A stretch of 64,000 nucleotides of DNA. It comes from Eledone cirrhosa. Its lineage: Eukaryota. A model generated the notes under the pieces. The model did not search any database. It was not told where the DNA came from and saw only the letters and a program-made list of their open reading frames with translations. Below are positions 45,937 to 64,000 of this stretch, one piece after another; position 1 is the stretch's first letter; every line of letters begins with the position of its first letter. Position numbers and translations under genes: made by a program. Location of the stretch: the NCBI GenBank assembly GCA_964016885.1, contig OZ024746.1:15872001-15936000 (forward strand). Direction: 5' to 3'.

Positions 45937-46398
45937 GTCTACCAAGTCCAATTCCTGGTCAGAACCATCTCAACTGCAATTATTTAACTGACATGTTTTT
46001 GGACCAGGCATAAATGTCACAGCACACTCCTCTCTTTTCCTCTCCCTTTCCTTCCTTTCTGCTAGAACTTAGGTTTTTTATTGTTAACTGCAACACTGCT
46101 AAGCTGTTAGGCAGCTAATTTTATTTAACACTGCTTTCATTTATTGTATGTACCATACTTAAGGTTGTGGCAGTCTGTCTGTCTGTCTGCCTGTGTGTGT
46201 GTGAATTGTACTATCTGTATATGTTAGTGTATGTGTGTTTGTATGTATAGTAAAATGTTTTGGTGATTGAAGGAAAGGGCGCACAAATCCTGTGCGTGCG
46301 CATGTGTGAATGTGTGTCTGTCTGTTATCCCTGACATGGTGTTTTATTGGTACATTTCCAAACAGTTAACAGCTCTGCATTATCGAGTGAATCACATG

Positions 46399-46433
<35 letters not shown>

Positions 46434-46611
46434 ACATACACACTACACTGCAACCATTCCATCCAGACTAGGTTTTTACTTTCCAAATATTTAACCCCAG
46501 CCCTTCTCTCCTCTCACTCTCTCCCTCCTATTCTCAACAGGAACACTGGAATATATTTCATGAATCTTTTGACACTCCACCTTCATTTATTCATTTTACA
46601 ACACATCTGTA

Positions 46612-46643
<32 letters not shown>

Positions 46644-46958
46644 ATGTGTGTGTGTGTGTGTGTAGATGTGTGTGTGTAGATGTATATATATATATATATT
46701 GTCTGGAATACTAATTAAAGATTTATTGATGTGTATTAAAATGTATTTATTAAATTTAGTTTTTTTTTTCCTTTCTAAATTTTATTTGTAAAATAAAATA
46801 TTTTATTCAGTATTATTAACATACTTTGTATGTTATGATGATGAAAGTTTATAAGAAAATACACAATTGATGGCTTAAATATTTCATTTAAAACTGTTTG
46901 TAGTTGTATTATACCTCTCTATATGTGTGTGAGGGAGTGAATGAAACCAACCTTATTG

Positions 46959-46999
<41 letters not shown>

Positions 47000-47184
47000 T
47001 GCAGTATGTGCCCTAACAGTCTATTGCAAAATCTACTAGGGCTAAAAACTCCCTTAGTCCTTTTCAATTGCTGCTGGACCAAGGATACTGATTAGCATAG
47101 AGCTTCTATAATCTTTACCAGGCTATATATTGGTAAACTCCAATATAACCAAACATATACTATATATATATATATATATATATA

Positions 47185-47462
47185 TCGTGACCTCTGGCGT
47201 CATGCAGCAATACAGAAAACCCGACTTCCCATGGGTACAAGCCGAAGCTGAAGCATATAGACAATATGCCGTCACCCTCTCCCACTGCAAAGTGGTCGTG
47301 GAGGTGTCATGACAAAAAAGCACCCAGCCCACACTGTAAAGTGGTCGTGTAGGCGCCACAATAAAAAAGCACCCAGTACTCATTGTAATTGAGGGTGTTA
47401 GGAAGGGCATCCAACTGTAGAAATCAAACCAAAATCAGTTCCCGTATGAGCAAGACAAGGTC
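47185..47462 (+). mobile_element. RTE ORF end (RDLWRHAAIQKTRL...*) plus extended 3' UTR, 3'-truncated
   Basis: Matches RDLWRYSVTEKTRL near 62450; followed by 48-bp modules and the AGGAAGGGCATCC core. Confidence 0.85.
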
Positions 47463-47582
47463 TTGAAATTAATGTATGTAAGATTTCACAGCTCTAGCAT
47501 CATACCTTCATAGTCAGCCTTTGAATTTTTCAGCCCACTCTCTTGTATGTATGTGTACACACGCACACACATGCATATGCAT

Positions 47583-47790
47583 TAGGCAAACAGAAATAAC
47601 AAAGTAAACAACACAATACAATGAAGAAATATATTAGTTTTACGCTTTATATAGAAGGAAAAGAGTTTTAACGTTTTGGACACTAGACCTTCATCAGAAT
47701 GTGAAATTAAAGAAGAAATAGAAAGATAGAGGAGAGTGGGCTGTTGGAGAAATGAAAGAGATTTTCTAGAGAAAGAAACAGGTCTGTTCA
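47583..47790 (-). mobile_element. Penelope-pLTR-like fragment with decayed hammerhead motif
   Basis: Minus strand CTGATGA-AGGTCTAGTGTCC-AAAAC-GTT; homolog of 16530-16780. Confidence 0.55.
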
Positions 47791-47809
47791 TATTGCCATC
47801 TCTTGGAAA

Positions 47810-47966
47810 TGTGTGTATAATAGGTGGATCCCTGATGCATATCGGGAAGTGACTACAGTTAAAAAAAAGGTACTCAATATGTTACTAAAGTATAGGTATC
47901 TTTATTTTATTATAGAAATTTCTTCTACAGGACTAAAACTGTTTGACTTGTAAGAAATCATCATCA
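47810..47966 (-). mobile_element. pLTR-like fragment, homolog of 10318-10455
   Basis: Minus strand TGATGA-TTTCTTACAAGT-CAAAC-AGTTTTA-GTC...TATTGAGTACC. Confidence 0.55.
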
Positions 47967-48009
47967 TATATATATATAAATAAATATATGATTAGGTGGA
48001 TATATATCA

Positions 48010-48161
48010 CCATTATCATTGTTATTATATGCACTTTTCCATGCTGACATGGGTTGGATGGGATGTTTTAAGACCATGTTTTACAGCCAGATGGTCTTCT
48101 TCATGCCAATCCTTTTAGATACTTCTTACAAAACACAGGGATATGGTGCATCTATTCTAAA
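48010..48161 (-). mobile_element. Decayed RTE-tailed SINE (Meta/MESC-like domain plus core)
   Basis: TTCCATGCTGACATGGGTTGGA tail, TTTTACAGCCAGATG core, TTTTAG...TCTTACAA..CAGGGATATGGTG; homolog at 49135-49227. Confidence 0.55.
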
Positions 48162-48338
48162 AACTGGCTTTATTGTGCATTGATACCCCTCTCTTGTCAC
48201 CTCTCTAGTGATGTCTTCATATTTCCTCACATTGTACTCATGTTGTTCATCTACATATCTCCCATAGGGGACTGTCAGCTCTACCAGGATGACTCTGGCA
48301 CCTGCTTCTGATCACAGGACAATATCTGGTCTTTGAGA
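48162..48338 (-). mobile_element. Fragment of RLE-clade (HERO-like) non-LTR retrotransposon, restriction-like endonuclease domain
   Basis: SQRPDIVL*SEAGARVILVELTVPYGRYVDEQHEYNVRKYEDITREVTREGYQCTIKPV fits the RPDIV..ELTVP..KY pattern. Confidence 0.8.
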
Positions 48339-48499
48339 AGGTACTCAAAACATCAAGTTTGTAGAAGCCATTTCTATATTAAACTTGATGTGTGTGTGTG
48401 TATGTATCAGTATATATACATACTAACAGAAAATAACCCGGAAGTCGGTATGTCTGTTAGTATTACATGCATCTATTTCATTAAGTTGAGAGAAACAAA

Positions 48500-48870
48500 T
48501 TAAATTTCATCTCCAGACAGGATTTGAACTCTGATCTCTGAGTGAAGATGTCTATTGTAAAACTCTCTTCACCACCACATCTATTATTGAGCTGTCCATT
48601 TAATTATTCCAACGCAAAAATATTGAAATGAATCTCTTATATTACTGGTAGTAACCTTAGAAGGATGAAAGATAAAATTACTTCTAGTAAAGTCTGGACT
48701 CACAACCAAGAAAAATAGGACTAATACAACAGGCAGTGATTTGGTAGAGTCATTAGAATGTCAGATAGAATGCTTTGTAGCATTTGTTCTGGCTGTCTGA
48801 GGTCAACTTTGTCTTTCATCCTCTTAGAGGTTAATAAAAATAACTACCAGTCCAGTATTGGGGTCAACTC
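48500..48870. mobile_element. Cluster of decayed tRNA-SINE pieces in both orientations
   Basis: GGATTTGAACTC (B box, minus strand); AGGATGAAAG; CTGAGGTCAACTTTGTCTTTCATCC. Confidence 0.55.
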
Positions 48871-48899
48871 TTACTATTCTTTCTCACTTTTTTTAACAC

Positions 48900-48935
<36 letters not shown>

Positions 48936-49190
48936 GCTGTGTTCAGCAGGTTTTAAAAATGCTTAAAGACAGGGTGTATGTCAGTACAGCACCCCTACAA
49001 CTCCCTCAAGAGTTTACAGGTTCATATATACAATTACAGCAACATTTTATTGTCATCTTCCCTACTAAAGCAAAAAGTTAGTCTTGCAGGTCCCATGTCA
49101 AGCTTTATAACAATCATCAGGTCCTTTTTGAGGAAATGGTTTATGGCTGGATACCTTTCCTGGTATCAACCCTTTTAGTTGCCTTTTACA

Positions 49191-49417
49191 AGACACAGGG
49201 ATATGGTGTACCTAGTCTAAACTATATAGACACAGTGATATGGTGTACCTAATCTAAACTATATAGACACAGTGATATGGTGTACCTAGTCTAAACTATA
49301 TAGACACAGTGATATGGTGTACCTAGTCTAAACTATATAGACACAGTGATATGGTGTACCTAGTCTAAACTATATAGACACAGTGATATGGTGTACCTAG
49401 TCTAAACTATATAGACA
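49191..49417. repeat. 37-bp tandem repeat, ~6 units, SINE-derived
   Basis: AGACACAGTGATATGGTGTACCTAGTCTAAACTATAT. Confidence 0.95.
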
Positions 49418-50320
49418 TAGCAACAGGACTAACTACAATACTGCATTAATTTAGTGCTTCACCATTATTGCTGATTCTCTACTTTCTTCTACCATCCAGA
49501 AATATTCCAGTTAAAATACTACTTGTAGTTCATTGTAACATTTCTCTCTTTCTCTCTTTCCTTTCCTCTCTCTTTCTCTCTCCTTTCCTCTCTCCCCCTC
49601 ATTGTAATAAATCTTTCTCTCTAATTTTAACGTTTCTCTCTCCTTCTTTCCTCTCTCCTTCTTTCCTCTCTAATTTTCCCCTCTCCTTTCACAGCTTTCA
49701 CTTTCTCCTCTCACAGCTCTTACTCTCTCCTCTCACAGCTCTCACTCTCTCTTCTCTTCTTCCCCTCTCCTTGCCTCACAACTCTTAGCCTTTCTATACT
49801 TTAGCTTCCATTTTTAGTTTCTGGATATCATTTGTTTTACATAGCTTATGCCATATTTCCTCGCCTCTTCTGCTTTAATTTTCCTATGAAACTGTAAAAC
49901 TGTAAGCAATTTCAACAGTCGACAAAGTAGTGTAGTCATCAGATAGCAATGAAACTATTTACAGACTATTTTTCATGAGTATTTTACCAGTTTTAGATAG
50001 CTGAACATTTAAACATTTCACTGTTGATGTTTTATGCCGTCAGAAATAAACCACAATTGATTATTGACCCAAACTATTCTCTATTGATTAACTCACCACA
50101 CAAATTATATATTTAAAGGATCCTCCATCTGCACTCAAATCATTGATTCTATGATGCATTTGTGTAATATATTATTTTCCTCAGTAAGTGTGACTGTATA
50201 TTAGTGTTGTATGCTTGTGTACGACTGCTGTACGGTAAATGTAAAGCTGATGGTAATGAACTAAATTTGTAATACATTATTTTTCTCATTAAGTATGGTT
50301 GTGTACCTGTACTGTATGGT

Positions 50321-50778
50321 CAGGGCCAGACTTTCATCTGCTGAGGCCCAAAGCTATATTAAATTTGAGGCCCTTCTCTAAAACATTTAAAATAATTATG
50401 CATAATTAATATTTTTTATATTAATATTGATGACACAACAGTCAACACTGTAAGGTGGCCATGTAGGAGACATGGTGAAAAGGCTCCCAGTCCACACTGT
50501 AAATATGGTAGGTGTTAGGAAAGGCATCCAACTGTAAAAAAAACCTGCTAGAGACGCTTCCGTGAGAGCGAGACATGGTCTCCCGACCATTCACGCATCA
50601 AATGGAGCAAAACCGTCTAACCCATGCTAGCATGGAAGATGGACGTTAAACGATGATGATGATGATTTAGAATGAAAACTAATAAAATAAAAATATATCT
50701 TAAAAAATAATGCTTCCAAGGTGTGTGTAGCCCTATGCTATAGCTTATTTAGCTTATGTTCACAGTAAGTCCAGCACT
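50321..50778. mobile_element. Probable hAT-type MITE interrupted by an RTE 3' UTR copy
   Basis: CAGGGCCAGACT...GAGGCCC ... CCCTATGCTATAGCTTA...AGTCCAGCACT (imperfect TIRs; no clear TSD). Confidence 0.5.
50430..50666 (+). mobile_element. RTE extended 3' UTR fragment
   Basis: Modules, TTAGGAAAGGCATCC, GGACGTTAAACGATGATG. Confidence 0.85.
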
Positions 50779-51076
50779 CTGTGTGTGCCATATATAAAGC
50801 TGGTAGCAATGGGTTAAATTAGTAATACATTATTTTCCTCAGTGAGTACAGCTGTGTACCAATGTTGTATGGTATATATAAAGCTGGTAATGAGTTGGTA
50901 TGAGTGTGTACTAGTGTTGTATGGTATAGTTGAAGCTGGTAATGAGCTAAATGTGTGAACTGGTATCAGTAGAATCTTGATTGTTGTTATTTCATTAGAG
51001 TTGTATCACAGATGTTGGCACAGAGAAGCATTTCATTATACTCCTCTAAATCAGAAATTTTATCTCCCTCCAGTAA

Positions 51077-51278
51077 ATAATTGTTTCTACTATTGGCACA
51101 AGGCCAGCAATTGCCCAGTACATTACTGGTACTTTATTTTATCGACCCCGTAAGGATGAAAGGCAAAGTTAACCTCGGCGGGATTTGAACTCAGAATGGC
51201 AAGAGCCGTAACTCTATGCGTCAAAGCATGGCGTCCGACCCTCTACCAATACTACCAATACTACCAATTCACTGCCCT
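51077..51278 (-). mobile_element. tRNA-derived SINE (Nin/Deu-domain-like)
   Basis: Homolog of the 12942 and 41642 copies. Confidence 0.88.
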
Positions 51279-51388
51279 TCACTTCCTCCAGTGAATAATG
51301 GTAACACATGGTGAACAAATAGCATGTACTGGAAGCACATCATATCTGTGTATATATATATTTATATGTATATATATATATATATATA

Positions 51389-51744
51389 TCTCTAACAAAA
51401 TACACCCCCGTCCCACCCACCCCACCCCATCCACACCGCCTCCTTCTATGTAAAGTTATGTTGGTGCCACACCATCCAGGCCGAAACAAATGAGATCGTG
51501 TAGGTGTCACGACAAAAAAACACACAGTCCACGCTGTAATGTGGCCGTGTAGGCAACACGGTAAAAACCTCCCAGACCCACACTGTAAATGTGGTTGGTG
51601 TTAGGAAGGGCATCCAACTGTAGAAAACCTGCCAGACAGTCCTATGCGAGCAAGACAATCACTCTTGCCTCAAGTGGGAAAACCCCTGTCCAAACCCATG
51701 CAAGCGTGGAACACAGACGTTAAACGTTGATGATGATGATGATA
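51389..51744 (+). mobile_element. Complete RTE 3' UTR, truncated at the ORF stop codon
   Basis: Near-identical to 62501-62866, starting TCTCTAACAAAATACACCCC. Confidence 0.92.
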
Positions 51745-51754
51745 TATATATTCA

Positions 51755-51915
51755 TTTTATTAAGGTTAGATAGTGAGTCTTGTTACTCTGGAGTTCTGTT
51801 TACCACAGGGTCATTGGACAAGACCCTGTGGTAAACAGGTGAAACTCCACAATAACAACACTCACAACTTAGCCTTAATAAAATAAATATTTAAATTGTA
51901 CTTCGGTATTGAGTA
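51755..51915. mobile_element. Fold-back pLTR-like element with type I hammerhead-like ribozyme relic
   Basis: 17-bp perfect stem 51796-51812/51822-51838 extending imperfectly to 51755/51882; minus strand gives helices I-III; GTATTGAGTAC motif downstream. Confidence 0.65.
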
Positions 51916-51934
51916 CATATGTATATATATATAT

Positions 51935-52162
51935 ATCATCATCATCATCACCATTTTACGTCCGTTCTTCCACGCTAGCATGGGTTAGACGGGTTGTCCT
52001 GTTGTGGGCAGTGTCTGGTCGGCTGATGCCCTTCCTAACACCAACCTCATTTACAGTGAGTGCTGGGTGCTTTTTCGTGGCGCCTACACGTCCACTTTAC
52101 AGTGTGGGCTGGGTGCTTTTTTTGCCGTGGCACCTCCACGACCACCCTTGCAGTGGGAGGGT
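51935..52162 (-). mobile_element. RTE extended 3' UTR fragment with internal deletion
   Basis: Homolog of 63815-64000, lacking the segment between GGCTGA and TGCCCTTCC. Confidence 0.88.
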
Positions 52163-61630
<9,468 letters not shown>

Positions 61631-62866
61631 CTTAAAATTAACCTGGCTAAGACCAAAGTTCTAGTTGTAGGAAAGAAAACAAGGCGGCGGTCCCTTCTGG
61701 GAAATGGTCGTGCTCGGTGTGTAGGAAAGGCGTAGGTAGAAACTCCATTTGTGTCCTAAATGCAAAGTATGGGTGCATAAAAGATGTAGTGGGATCACAG
61801 GTAAGCTAACTAAGAACATAGATTTTACATGTGGCCGGTGTTCTGGTGCAATAAGTAGCAGCAAGTGCCCACACAATACTAGCTCTTTCAATTGCGCAGA
61901 GGGTTCTATAGAAATAGTGGACAGCTTCCGTTACCTGGGCGATAAAATCAGCAGTGGGGGAGGGTGCTCTGAAAGTACTGTAGCTAGAGTCAGAACTGGT
62001 TGGAAAAAGTTCAGAGAGCTTATACCACTATTAGCTGCTAAAGGGTTCTCCCTAAAAATGAAAGGCAGGTTGTACGATGCCTGCATACGAACAGCAATGT
62101 TGCATGGCAGTGAGACCTGGGCATTGTGTGCAGAGGATATACGCAGACTAGAGAGGAACGAAGCTTGCATGCTCCGCTGGATGTGTAACAGTAATATACG
62201 TGAACGGCAAAGCATAAACGAACTAAGGAAAAAATTAGAGATAAGAGGGATCAGATGTTGTTTACTCGAGAGAAGGCTACGTTGGTATGGACACGTGATG
62301 CGCATGAAAGTCGATAGCTGTATAACAAAGTGCAGGGCAATAAAGATAGACGGTAGCCACGGAATAGGCAGACCTAGAAAAACCTGGGACGAGCTGATAA
62401 ACTCCGACCTCACACACTTACACCTCTCCAAGACAATGTCACTGGACCGAGACCTTTGGCGGTACTCAGTAACAGAGAAGACCCGCCTTGCCAGTAGGCA
62501 TCTCTAACAAAATACACCCCGTCCCCACCACCACCACCCCACCCCATCCACACCACCCCGTCCTATGTAAAGTTATGTTGGTGCCGCGCCATCCGGGCCG
62601 AAACAAATGAGATCGTGTAGGTGTCACGACAAAAAAACACACAGTCCACGCTGTAATGTGGCCGTGTAGGCAACACGGTAAAAACCTCCCAGACCCACAC
62701 TGTAAATGTGGTTGGTGTTAGGAAGGGCATCCAACTGTAGAAAACCTGCCAGACAGTCCTATGCGAGCAAGACAATCACTCTTGCCTCAAGTGGGACTAC
62801 CCCCGTCCAAACCCATGCAAGCGTGGAACACGGACGTTAAACGTTGATGATGATGATGATGATGAT
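61631..62866 (+). mobile_element. 5'-truncated RTE LINE: C-terminal ORF part (stop 62507) plus ~360-bp extended 3' UTR and (GAT)n tail
   Basis: [55 protein letters not shown]; probable TSD ATATAGATGTATGTATATA... on both sides. Confidence 0.95.
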
Positions 62867-62879
62867 ATATAGATGTATG

Positions 62880-62913
<34 letters not shown>

Positions 62914-62951
62914 GATGTATGTATATATGTATATATATATATAGATGTATG

Positions 62952-62998
<47 letters not shown>

Positions 62999-63209
62999 GT
63001 GTATATATATATATGTGTGTATATATATATATGTGTATATATATATGTGTATATATGTATATATATATATATGTATATATATGTGTATATATGTATATAT
63101 ATATATGTATATATGTATATATATATGTGTATATATATATATGTGTATATATATATATGTGTATATATATATGTATATATGTATATATATATATATGTAT
63201 ATATATATG

Positions 63210-63240
<31 letters not shown>

Positions 63241-63256
63241 GTCATATATATATATG

Positions 63257-63287
<31 letters not shown>

Positions 63288-63814
63288 GTATATGTATATA
63301 TGTGTATGTATATATGTGTATATATATATGTATATATGTGTTTATGTGTATGTATATATGTGTATATATATATGTATATATGTGTTTATGTATATATATA
63401 TATATGTGTATATATATGTATATATATGTATATACATATGTGTATATATATGTGTATATATATATGTGTATATATATATGTGTATATATATATGTGTATA
63501 TATATATGTGTATATATATATGTGTATATATGTGTGTATATATATGTGTATATATATATGTGTATATATATATGTGTATATATATATGTATATATATATG
63601 TGTATATATATATGTATATATATATGTGTATATATATATATACATATATATATACATATATATATATATATACACATATATATATATATATACACATATA
63701 TATATATACACATATATATATATACATACATATATATATATACATACATATATATATATATACATACATATATATATATATACATACATATATATATATA
63801 CATACATATATATA
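62867..63814. repeat. (TA)/(TATGTG) array switching to (TACA) polarity
   Basis: Direct inspection. Confidence 0.95.
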
Positions 63815-64000
63815 TCATCATCACCGTTTTACGTCCGTTCTTCCACGCTAGCATGGGTTAGACGGGTTGTCCTGTTGTGGGGCAGTGTCTGGTCGGCTGA
63901 CCATGCCTTGCTCATACAGGAACTGATCTGGCTTGATTTCTACAGCTGGATGCCCTTCCTAACACCAACCTCATTTACAGTGAGTGCTGGGTGCTTTTTC
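63815..64000 (-). mobile_element. RTE extended 3' UTR fragment (runs off the right edge)
   Basis: (CAT)n tail, TTTTACGTCCG, GGATGCCCTTCCTAAC. Confidence 0.9.

Overview
Eukaryotic, repeat-dominated genomic DNA. The SINE/LINE repertoire and giant (TA)n arrays suggest a cephalopod (Octopus-like) genome; this is an inference. No recognisable host protein-coding gene is present, and almost all long ORFs in the track are translations of microsatellites or minisatellites. Tandem repeats include a 5-kb 60-bp satellite, 30-, 37-, 44- and 48-bp minisatellites, and about 20 kb of patterned (TA)n arrays. Mobile elements include disabled non-LTR retrotransposons of four lineages (RTE with a PHD-like finger, CR1-like across a 200-N gap, a Penelope-like RT relic, and a HERO/RLE-type fragment), tRNA-derived SINEs, and piggyBac-type and hAT-type MITEs. 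A weak 3-exon plus-strand transcript candidate lies at 7300-26619. Three patterns stand out. (1) Several short elements, usually embedded in TA repeats, carry type I hammerhead-ribozyme-like motifs and a shared downstream motif, and are repeatedly arranged as head-to-head fold-backs (Penelope pLTR/retrozyme-like). (2) An RTE lineage has a 3' UTR containing tandem ~48-bp modules plus a SINE-like core, and one module has expanded into a 27-copy minisatellite. (3) Kilobase TA arrays with polarity switches and higher-order duplication abut the 5' ends of young RTE copies.
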